In this document: piece by piece, positions 12,601-22,800 of the stretch
How positions within the stretch are numbered: the stretch's first letter is position 1
Layout of the letters: each line of letters opens with the position of its first letter
Assembly (NCBI RefSeq): GCF_001949145.1
Contig: NW_019091357.1
Location: forward strand, 438,671-502,670
Source: Acanthaster planci
Taxonomy: Eukaryota
DNA length: 64,000 bases
Direction: 5' to 3'
Position numbers and translations under genes: made by a program
The notes under the pieces: model-generated
The model's input: only the letters and a program-made list of their open reading frames with translations
Told to the model about the DNA's origin: nothing
The model's database searches: none

Positions 12601-14387
12601 AAGTCATTCGGAAAACTTTCTTGTGCAGGACTTGCCGGACAAGAAGCTCATATCTGTGGTAATGCTTCTAGTGCTGGTAGACAGTGTCACCGTTATTTTC
12701 TGGGTGACCCTCGGGCAGCCGATGGTCAAGACAATCAACCTGGAACCACGGGTGAGCTATGTCATATTGCCAATCAATCGACAGAATTGAAGTACTTTCA
12801 TGCAACTCTGGACGTCTTGTTTTATTAAGTGACGCTTTCCTCATTTCTCTTCCTCAAGCTTTCGGACACTATAAGCCCAGAGAAAGAGATTTACATCCTG
12901 CCAGTGCTGCGACAATGCAGTTCCGTCCATGAGGTCTATTTTACCGCTGCCATCTATGGGTTCAAAGGGATCCTTCTCGTTTTGGGTCTCTTCCTGTCTT
13001 GGGAAATAAGAAACGTTAGCATCAAAGGGCTCAACGACAGTAAGTTGTCTTCAGTCATGACTTAACTTAGTTTGTTTAAATTCAATTATTTATAATTTCA
13101 ATGTTTACAATTTAACTGTTTCATTTCACAGTTACGTGACAATTGGTAAAATGCTAACAATAGGGACATGAAGATTACAACTACTCTCATTCAATATAAT
13201 GGTGGAGGAGAAAAAAAAGGATGCCCAAGGGGGTAGCAATGACGTCATTCAATTGTGTCGGTAACCATGAGTCATGTGACAATTCAAGACTATATGACAA
13301 GTATTATAGTACCATTATTGACGATGGAGCCGATTTGAAGTGACCTCGTGAGTGAAGAAATCAAAGTGATGAGACAGCGAAGACTGAAGCAAAGTTGAAC
13401 GTTGATGATGACATTAACAGTGATGGGATCCTCTGTCCTCAGGTAAATACATCGCTCTGTCCATCTACGTGGTTACAATCACCATTGTACTCACAGTACC
13501 TACCCTACAAGTCTTCGTTTACAATGCTGATATGCATTTCTGCATCTTCAGTACAGCCATCATCTTGGCCAATACCGCTGTGCTGTGTCTGGTTTTCGTA
13601 CCCAAGGTAAATCATGCCAGATGGAGGTGCTTAGGTCTTAGTTAGAGAGGAGAGTAGAGAGTCGGGTGGAAGGTGTATAAAGTTCTCTCGCTCAGAAATG
13701 TAGTGCCAAGTTTGATTTTCTGTAACTCGGATCAAACATCACCAAGCAGAGAAATGTTCTTCATCCGCGACCGTGATGGAGCAAAACTTCTCTTCTTTTC
13801 CATCCACAGTCACGATAAAGATTCCTTTTCCTTATTTCCATTCATTGTAATGATGAAGAACCGTTTGGTTATTTCCATCCACTCTCATTATAAAGGATCA
13901 AGGCCCCTTGTCCTTGCTTTGAGTGTTGTCTTCTAAATTCCAATGTGAATCAAAAGACTATTCAACTGTAATTCAATCAGTACCTGCCCTGATAGCAGTT
14001 GTGCAGAATCGATTCCTCGCACATTGTTGAATTATTGAATTGCAGCTTGCTCTGTGCTACACCTCACGTGGAAATCAACTCAGTACCAGCATCATGGAAT
14101 CTACGACCGCTGCCAGCGTCGCTTCTGCCAAACAGCAGTCTTTATCTAGCAAGGAGAGAAACCGTCTGATCAATCTCAGACGGAAACTCTGCGAGGTGAA
14201 TGAAGAACAATTCGCTGAAACTTCACAAATTTGTCATTTTTGCACTGGGGCAGTTTTTACAGGGAAAATGGTTAAACATTTCCCTTCCTTTTGTCTTCAA
14301 ACTGAATGTTTTATTGTTTCATTTCAGAAAGAGGAGACACTCATCGTCTTGCTGGCGGAGTACCGTGCAGTCATCCAAGGAGATTAG
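3605..14387 (+). CDS. GABA-B receptor-like class C GPCR (Venus flytrap + 7TM + short C-terminal coiled coil), 17 coding exons, ~800 aa
   Basis: Exons, all GT-AG and frame-continuous (2403 nt including stop): 3605-3877, 7107-7244, 7669-7836, 8224-8331, 8858-8923, 9458-9649, 10253-10489, 10744-10807, 11116-11196, 11415-11565, 12030-12162, 12258-12371, 12629-12751, 12859-13039, 13443-13606, 14046-14195, 14328-14387 (TAG). Hydrophobic N-terminus. GABA-B family motifs: YIGGFFP, AIDHVN..GILDGYEL, DRSRYP, NPARV..GWRKVA, DARIII, KYVWILPGWY..WW, FIGLTGHV, IKISSPSIN, FGSLLVKTYRI..IF, YGFKGILLVLGLFLSWEIRNV, LNDSKYI, LCLVFVPK. Too divergent to assign to GABBR1 or GABBR2 by eye. Confidence 0.93.
6799..6935. 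repeat. Degenerate inverted repeat, possibly an old MITE
   Basis: Left gtgcc..tacggctgtttgggttg resembles the reverse complement of caaccataaaacagtcgta..ggcac. Confidence 0.4.
8377..8522. mobile_element. Fold-back MITE-like element in intron 4 of the receptor
   Basis: Left arm tagacc..acata..tgacgt..tttgtttaca..gctttcctatgg..tagatgga pairs with right arm tccatcta..ccatgggaaagc..gtaaacaaa..acgcca..tgtttatgtggtcca. Confidence 0.7.
9871..10131. repeat. Degenerate ~21-bp minisatellite (consensus ~ACACTNTGCCGGCCAAATCG) in intron 6 of the receptor
   Basis: Recurring units: gcactgtgctggccaaattt, acaccatgccggccaaatcg, acaccgtgcccgtcaaact, gcactttgccaactaaatcg, aaaccctgccggtccaacca, acactttgccagtcaaatca, tgccggccaactcg. 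Confidence 0.75.
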
Positions 14388-14715
14388 AGAAAGGACTCGG
14401 AGGGACCAGAGCACATTAATCCGATGAGACTATCAAATGCCAAATCAAAAATATCCACGATATTCAACGAATCGCATTGATCTTGTGAAGCATAACTTCG
14501 GAAAATACATTGTGGTGGAAATAAGACACGCCCGATTCACTGATATGGTACACACGACACGAATTGAGATATCCAAAGGTCTACGCTGAGCTGGAATGAA
14601 GAGCGCCACCCTGGGGTTAATGAAGCAGGGAATGACGCGACAATTTCACAGGAAATAGATAGCCACGCAGTTTTTAGAGTTAGATGTTTTACTTCTGGCA
14701 ACATGCCTTTTGCCA

Positions 14716-14721
14716 AATAAA
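14716..14721 (+). promoter_or_regulatory. Candidate polyadenylation signal of the GABA-B-like gene
   Basis: AATAAA about 330 nt after the stop codon; positional evidence only. Confidence 0.4.
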
Positions 14722-14968
14722 AAAATACCTTTAGGTACTTCTATGAGAACACAATTTAAAAACAACAGTATTTTTAAATCTTCAACAAAATGGAAAACAT
14801 TAGTGACGATGATATCCCCTCTTCCTTACACAATTTTTGCAAAAGACTTGCCCGATTTTGTCGATTTTTAAAAACATCTTTTCCACTTCTGTTTCTTGGA
14901 GTAGGCACTTGAATAACCACCACTTTTCATATATAAGCATCATATATAGTTGGACATTTACTGCAAAG

Positions 14969-14974
14969 TTTATT
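14969..14974 (-). promoter_or_regulatory. Candidate polyadenylation signal of TINAGL copy A
   Basis: TTTATT on + (AATAAA on -) about 620 nt downstream of the stop codon; positional evidence only. Confidence 0.35.
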
Positions 14975-15593
14975 ACATTTTGAATGCACCCACAAGTAAC
15001 CATGCTTTCATATTTAAAAATCTCCCAAGCCTGCATAACGTACAAATCTTTTTAACTGACTTCGATGCACAATGTACTACCACTTAATTGATAGTCTAAT
15101 TGGTACCTGACTAAAACAAAGATCCCGGAAACACACCGCTGCTTTCTGTACAAATACAAATTCTATTGTGTTCAGTTATAAAAGGGTGCTCAACCGGCCC
15201 CGTTCTCAGAGAGCAGAAGCGCACACTATGCCCAATAATATAAAGTTGCACAGTTCTTTTTGGAAGACGAGGGTACGAAATTACAGCACTTAATGAGGAG
15301 ATCATGTAAACTAAACAGCGAAGGTTATAAATCGTAATAAATGCACCTTGATGTAAAAATCGTCTTAACCGGAATCTTGTCCAATTCAAGCTGGTATTAT
15401 ATGTAGAGAGAACCGACTGTATATTTTGTACTGAAGTAAGATATCACGGCAAAATGTGACCCTAAAGTTGATATAAGAAGAGGTAAAGGTAACCTCGACA
15501 GACTGCCGAGCTATTTTCCACTCCCTGTTAGAGACGAGCGTGGTTTTACAATGCACCAAATCTCTGCCTACGGCAACAAAGTTACCATCTCTC

Positions 15594-18500
15594 CTAAAAA
15601 ATCGAATTGTTCCTCATCATGTTCCTCATCATGGCCGTGTCGACGTCTGCCCAGACGGCTAAGATGAAAGATTCAATCTCGCACTCGTTCTGGCCTCTTA
15701 GGATGCGGAAATAGCCGTTTTCACCCCACTGGCTCCCCCAGGAATTGGCGCAAAGCTGTAGGGGTAGAAAGACGATAATTGAAAATCGACTTCGTCAAAT
15801 GCTGAGTGATGAAGCAATTAGATGGTACGACACAAACGGATAATAAAGTAGTTTGAGGAAATATTTTAATTGAGTAGAATGCAGTTTCCTTGTTGCGATG
15901 TAGCTTGCCATCCAAGGTGTCAGCTTAGGTGTCAGCTATGAACCAAACGTCACCTGAAAAAGAACTTCAAGGACAGACGACGCCACTAACTCGTTGACTC
16001 ACCCAGTATGGCATCTGGTTATCCGGGTCGGTACGGTCCATTCCCCAGCCAAGAATTCGAACTGAATGGTACCCCTTCCGTCTAGCTTTGGAGGGTTTCT
16101 TCACCAATTTATGCGAGTGTTTGTACACACCTCCGGCATAAGAGTAGAAATCTTCCTTCACTAGCAACGTAGCTGATTGGGAAAGAATACTAGAAACTGT
16201 CATGATTTAAAACTCGGTGACGTTGCAAAGGCAAGAGCACAAATTAAGACGTAAAAAAAAAAAAATTATCGTATTTATTTCAGCCACTCATTATTTAATA
16301 TCAAAAGAGATATTTATCTAAATGATATCAAAATGAAAGTCGAAGACGAATATCTCCTGAAACTGGGGAAAAATGTGAGCACAGCTAACCAATGCAGTTG
16401 ACGAAAGAGGAAAACATGGACAAGGAAACATGGACAAACATGCAACTCAAGGAACAAGGCGAGAAAAACAAGACAACCCTACCTTGCACGGGTCCATTTC
16501 TGAAAATTTCTTCTTTAATGTCTTCTTCCTGTCAATAAGCAGAGAAAGTAGATTTGTTGATTTAAAATTTTATTGAGATCTTTTTATTAACCGTGGATTA
16601 GCACAAAATCACATGGACGTGCAAAATGGATGTTTGGAGTCATTGAAGGGCATTTACAAAACGGATGGTGTCGACTTAGTCTTTGGCTTCACTGGTTCCA
16701 GTCGGCATCGTTGGAGTCCCCTCAAATGGCTGGAGCCAGCGAAGACTAAGCCTGAGCCACCCGTTTTGTCAATGCCCTAAGAAAGGGGAAGAGAAAGAAC
16801 AAGTCAATACGGGCGATTCACAACACTGCGCCTCCAATGACCAACGTGCGTTGTGATTGGCCAACGCATTGCAAACTCTTGGAGGCGCACTAGAATGAAA
16901 CACCCAGTGACAAGGAAACTGTAAATCCAATCAGGCGATATTATTATTTACTTGTTTCATGTTTTTGACATGCTCAATGCATGCAGAAAGTCAATAGGTC
17001 GACAAGGAAGACTTGGCTGCCATACCTTTCCCGATATCCTGTATGGAGGGCTCACGTGATACTTTCTGGAAGTGACGTCATCGCTTGGGCAAGGTGACGT
17101 TTGATGTCGAGGCAACATGCACGCGTACTTGTTCATTTTGGCAGTCTCGTCCATTCCACTTCGGTAAGGATAGCACTGGTCGGTCACCACGCTAAAATCA
17201 GAGTCCAAAACAAAGATGCAAGTGATTACTATTAAAACCCATGTACAGTGCGTTTCATAAATCAACACCAATACGGTTCGCAAATGTGTGAGTTGTACCT
17301 AAACCACGCCCACACACAAACCATGCCTACTCATACAGTATAGAGTATCGAAGTGTGACGTCACTCTGAACCATAAAGTGCAGTGCAAACGAATGTAGTA
17401 CGCGCGCGTGTTGGTTCACGCGCTCATGCCTTTTACACACTAATTGTGCGCGTGACGTATTCACTTCGGTACTCTGTGGCATTGTAATCATTGAAAGACC
17501 CACTGGGCACTAGAAGTGCGCGTTGCGTGCACATGTATAACCATTGATCTAATGGAGATCAATCCATGGTAGCGGATCGGTTAAGCAAGCGCCCGGCTTT
17601 TCACCCGCGCAAGTTCTTGCACGCGCGCGCAACATACGCAGCTTCGGTTTTGGGCAGCTTATTCAAGACGCTCTACTGGGCCAATGCTGGAACGCGACTC
17701 ATTTATGAAGACATGGAAGTTTACCCGTATCTACGCATGTAGTTCCAGGCACGGTCCAAGTGGCCGCCGTCACAACCTCTTTGCCCGCGAGAGTTGCAAG
17801 ACAGAAGATTCTGAGTGGAGAGGGGCGCCCTCATGTGACCCATGGACTGAATGGCAAGGCGGTCCGAAGCAACAGCTATTATGAGAAAAGATAAAATAAA
17901 CTGAAAAACTTACAGTGGCTGCAACAGCTCGGCAGTTCTTGTGAATCGAATGAAATGCAGCCCTCTACTGTGTGAGATACACTGTTCCTGAAAGCAAAGG
18001 TGACTTACCTATAGTCGAGACTGCCCAGGAACTCCCACAATCCCCTTGGTCCATTACGCCCTCTATCCAGTCTGGCCACTTTTGGCGGGAATCAAAATTT
18101 TCCGGCAGTTCTGTTGTATGCTCAATGTCGATCTCATTCATAGCGGCAACGTCTCGTGCGGGTTTCAGGGTTCCTAACCGACGCTGAATCCCTTCCTCGA
18201 GCGTCAAACCCCACAAGAAACTGTAGTTACTGGCTCGCCAGCTATAAATGTTTTTTTTCGGGGGTTGGGGTGGGGAGGAACGGGAAATAATGGAGAATTC
18301 AGACGATTAGGAAACGCTGGTGTTATCTTACATTAATTTACCGATAAGCATTTCCCATTCTTCCCTTCTCAACCACATTCACAGTTAACAATCTGACTAC
18401 GTGTACATGCCTACCCGCTATTTGCCGAGTTGACTGCGGAGATAATGTCTTCCAGAATGAGGCAAGTGGCATTCTCGCATTGCAACTCGTAACTGCTTGC

Positions 18501-19887
18501 AGTTAGGAAACAAGTGCTAAAAAAATCAACAACCAAGCAGAAGATCATTACTTTTTTGTGGGCAATAAAAAGGAGTTATTTAATACCACCAGAGAATGTG
18601 ACAATTCCTCGCAAGTTGAAAAAGAAACCCATAATAGTCAAACCAGTGGAATCAATTACTGACCGTATATACCGTCCTATGACTCAAAGAAATCCTGTAA
18701 TGATTTTAAAGCTTTCAACAAATTTCCGCACAATATGGTTATAATCGTTTTATACGGCAGCTGAATACAATGTATAAAATTTAAACCTTCAGTATAAAAT
18801 ATTTATTATCTCATAAAATCTTGTAGTTTTATTTCCAGCAAAAATGTGAAACGCACATAACCCAGAAGATAAAAACAGCCTCGGAACAAAAGGCACCTAT
18901 TGCCTTGTCAAACGGGAAACAACATAAACAACCGAAGAAAAAGCCTTGACATGGAAATGGGAATTTTTCATGCATTACTATTCAAATAAATGGGGGCGAA
19001 AAACATAAAAGTAAAGTATGCAATATTTACTATGAACATTCTTCACAAATACATGAGCAGAAATGTGTGCCGCGTCAGTGAACTTTAACCACACTTATTC
19101 ATGTGTTTAAGGCTTCATTCTGCGGCATGCACTGTTCTGTTTACGCCACAAAACGATTGTTTAAAAGTTTGATCGGTAAAGGTCAATGTATACTCCATAC
19201 TGCGCAAACACCCTTGGAGGGTTGTAAACGCGCAGGCATATAAGCTACTTACCATGTGTTGCAATTGACTCGTAGCGTTTGCCCAGCTAAGTAAGTTGTG
19301 CCTTTATAAACACAACCGCCTGTGTATGAAATAATAAATCACACTGCATTATAAAATGTTCAGCCAAGTTGGATGCCGTGAATGGTCTAACAAAGAAGAG
19401 TTTCTTTTACTACGCCAAAGACTAAAATTAATAACAATTAAGTTTAACGAAGGAACTCCTAACGAGAATAAAAACGAATTTGTGTGGAAACTTAAAATAT
19501 AAAAAGGTCAAATACAAATTTGCAATTAAAATACAACCCCAATATAACACAACAAAATAATACGCAATGATTAGGTTATAAATGAAAGAAATTGTGCGTA
19601 GACAATAGTGCCAGAGTATTCGTGTATGCGGATTCACCTTCGAGGGGGTTTGGGCTGAGCGGAGACTTCTTAGTTGGCAGAGCCGTGCAGTTGTTGAAGA
19701 CATCTGGACAGCAATCAGGCGCCTTCGACCGGAGACAGAACTCATCACAGTAACAGAACGTGTCTGCCATGGCGGCCGTGCATGTATCATCTCGACCGGG
19801 ACAACAGCCCCCTGGCCGCTCCGAGCAGTACTGAGCCCAAGTTGGTAGGATCACCACCGCCAGGACGCAACCGATTATTCCCTTCAT
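15594..19887 (-). CDS. TINAGL1: Tubulointerstitial nephritis antigen-like (TINAG/TINAGL1/Swim family) protein, copy A; inactive peptidase C1-like, 448 aa
   Basis: Coding exons in transcript order: 19887-19638, 19319-19253, 18516-18415, 18241-18009, 17875-17725, 17191-17026, 16528-16483, 16172-16003, 15755-15594 (1347 nt, GT-AG, frame continuous). Signal peptide [18 protein letters not shown]; somatomedin-B-like CC.GRDD.C...CYCDEFC...[57 protein letters not shown] (catalytic Cys replaced by Ser); [44 protein letters not shown]. The symbol denotes family, not proven orthology. Confidence 0.95.
16647..16778. mobile_element. Fold-back MITE-like element in intron 6 of TINAGL copy A
   Basis: agggcatttacaaaacggatgg..cttagtctt..ggttccagtc pairs with ggctggagcc..aagactaag..ccacccgttttgtcaatgccct. 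Confidence 0.75.
16806..16908. mobile_element. Internally deleted copy of MITE family 1 (see 1066-1244)
   Basis: aatacgggcgattcacaacactgcgcctccaa...ttgtgattggccaacgcattgcaaactcttggaggcgcacta matches both arms of the 1066-1244 element. Confidence 0.8.
17341..17476. mobile_element. Short TIR element (MITE-like) in intron 5 of TINAGL copy A
   Basis: Termini tagagtatcgaagtg / cacttcggtactctg are 13/15 complementary, with inner acgtcac / gtgacgt. Confidence 0.6.
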
Positions 19888-22800
19888 GCTGATCACTGCA
19901 GCTTCACACTGTTGAATATTTGACACAATAATCATCGACCGATTTTCCAAACAATCCTAAGAGAACATGGACGGAATTCATATTTAATCTCAAGTTAAAC
20001 TCTTTCTGGTAGAGATCGAGCAAAAGGAACGGTTGCAAAAGAACTCGATCATATTCCACCTTTAAAACGAGGAGATAATTGCAAAACGAGTAGATAATTG
20101 CAAAACGAGGTACCAAGGTTCAGCCGGAATCTACTGCCCTGCAAGCAGATTCTAACTGTTGTAACATCTAGGTCAACAAACAAACATGTATTAATAAAAT
20201 CTCAGCATGTATCTAATGGAACTCATGCAAATATGAGCTTGCCTTGGCCACGATTCACGAACCCTTTTTAGATTACGAATTCCAGAAAGAGGCATGGGTT
20301 TTGTTAATATATAAATAGGCACTCCAGTCCCGACAACGATGGATAGTATAATTATATAAGGCTAAATAGGAATAAACAATATCATAAGCGGAAAAAATAT
20401 GTGTCCGTAGAAACTCGTCGTGACTTTCTTATTAAAGCCTGATGTAGCTACTTACCGTTTTCGACAGTGACCAGTACCGCCTGTGACTCAACGCCTACTA
20501 ACTGCTGCTCTGTTTGTTAGCCTCGTTATATAGACTAGACCCAGGAACCAATGCGGTGTTACTTTACGTCACGTATTTCTTCCTTTCATCATTTAGTTTT
20601 TTGGCGTTGTCAAATAATGACGAACGACCGAAATGCGACGCGACTCCATCTCGCCCACGGACTCTGGCAAAGCATTTCCGGGTGAGCGCCGTTGACGGTC
20701 ATTAGCTCATACATGTATATCACGGCCGCCCAAGGACTCCGATGATCTGATTCACTTGGGAAATTTTCCCGGTATGATGTGATGATGCTTGTACGAAAAA
20801 TGGGGAGGATAAAAGGGGGTTAAAGGGGCTGAGCCCTACCAACAAAATCAGCACTACGCCACCTTGCCACAAGTTTAAAAGCAAGACAAAAGATTTAAGG
20901 AGAGGTAACGTAGCCACATGTGACCTGGACTTTAATAGGAGATTTACAGCAACAGATGTCATAAGATGAAATTATGGGTGACAGTTGTTCTCGCCATAAA
21001 TAGTTTGAGATGGAAAGGGCTGCTAAAATATTTTTCTTAGGACTTAAAGAGATTTCAAACTGCAGAGAGTGAAATGAAATGGAAGAGATGACGCCTTCCT
21101 TTTGCTGTCTGTTACCAGATACGGACAGCTAAGGCCAATCACATTTGCCCTTAGAATGGTCACGTGTGCTCTTAATGGAGGTATTTCCTCGAACTACAGC
21201 CGCGGTAATGGCCAACGCAATTGTTGAAATTCAACTCCTAAAAAACTGTTTTCGCAACTACATTCATAGCATTAACAAAAACAGCAATGGAAACTCGAAG
21301 GAGTTACAGGACAATCCACAAACCTAAAAACTCAGGTACTCTGTCCGTTTATATTCTTAAAATGAGGGGCATGCTCAATGATGGTCAAAACAGACTAAGT
21401 GAACACAAAATTAGTGGTGCGCCTTTGATTTTATTTTCTTATATACTCGTTAATATCCAAAGAAAAAAACCTATCCATATTAATGTACATTCAAGAATCC
21501 ATGTACATGTAGTTGAAGATTCCTGTCATGCCCATGTGCGTGCCTGGTGCCCCGCGCATGTGGCCTCGAGTGACAAAGAAGACTGCTTGTCGGAATTCCG
21601 CGTCTAAAATGTCTCTATAAATGGATCGGGCTGTTTTTATAAATGTTTTTCATAAACACCGCTGGTGTGAAATTGTAGACGAGTCAAACTGTTGTCTGTA
21701 TCAGTGCTTGTGGTGGCCTTGGATCCCTCGGAATTCTCAGCCAATCGTTTGCTTTTGACTAAAAAGTTACACACAGTCACGCACCAACGGAATTACATTC
21801 ACAAGTGTGGGAAAACAGTTTTTGCCTGACCAGAAATAGAACGTACCTAAAATGAATATCTTCACGAAAACGCCTCACGTGATGAACTGCAGCTGACACC
21901 GATGTATCGATAAAACTGTAAACGAATCTATAAAGAAGACCGGTTGTCCGAATGTCACATCTAAAATGTCTCTATATAATTATAAATGACCGAAGCTGCT
22001 GATCTGTATCTGTGATATCTGTAACCTGCATTAATCCATAAGCCTGTAACAACATAAATTAGCAATGTGCAATTACTATAGATCACGAATTTATTAGGAA
22101 TTCGTAATGCTTTTTTAATCTTGCCAACGGCCGTTCGTACGCGAGCCTGCATGTTTTAAGGAGAGTGAATTTACAGCAGTAAAAATACCAGCTGTCAACT
22201 TTAAACTCCCACTAAAGTTTATATTTGGGCGATCTGTGAGTAATCCATTTCAGCATCGCTCAAACATTCCTACTCCAAAGAACCTTACATTATCCATACC
22301 ATTGTGGAAAGTTAAACTCTTCCATTACCCCAGGGGACGACTCATGACCCCTTTCAATTCTCTTTCATACCCCTGGGGCACTTTTCCGGCTGGTTTTTAG
22401 TCCTCACCTCCCCCTCAAACAAAACTCCGACACAAACACCGCATCACAAAACGGATTTGCACAACCGGTACGTGCCAAAACACACATTGAAACTTTGCAA
22501 CACTTACAAATAAGCCTGCCAAAAGTCACAGAAAATTCCAGCTCACTTGAAAAGGATAACACAATCATTTTAACTTTGGGCTATTGTGTACATCAGACTG
22601 CAGTTGGAATTTGCTAGTAAAACCTGGGGGGGGGGAACACAGATAGTAGAGTTAAAAAACGGGTAGGTACCATACATGTACTGCTCTCGTTGAGTCAGTA
22701 TGGCACGCCGGCCAACTTAAACCCTGTACGATTTAAGGACTAAAATAGTTGCAAATAATATGCCAAACAATAGACTGTTTGTACATGAAACGACTCAACA

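Noticed and set aside
18009..18060. Active cathepsin B protease
   Set aside because: The catalytic Cys is Ser (CGSSW) in both copies, and the N-terminal somatomedin-B domain identifies the TINAG family.
20064..20111. Short 19-bp tandem duplication (similar small ones at ~15915 and ~16410)
   Set aside because: Ordinary slippage-type duplications with no sign of function.
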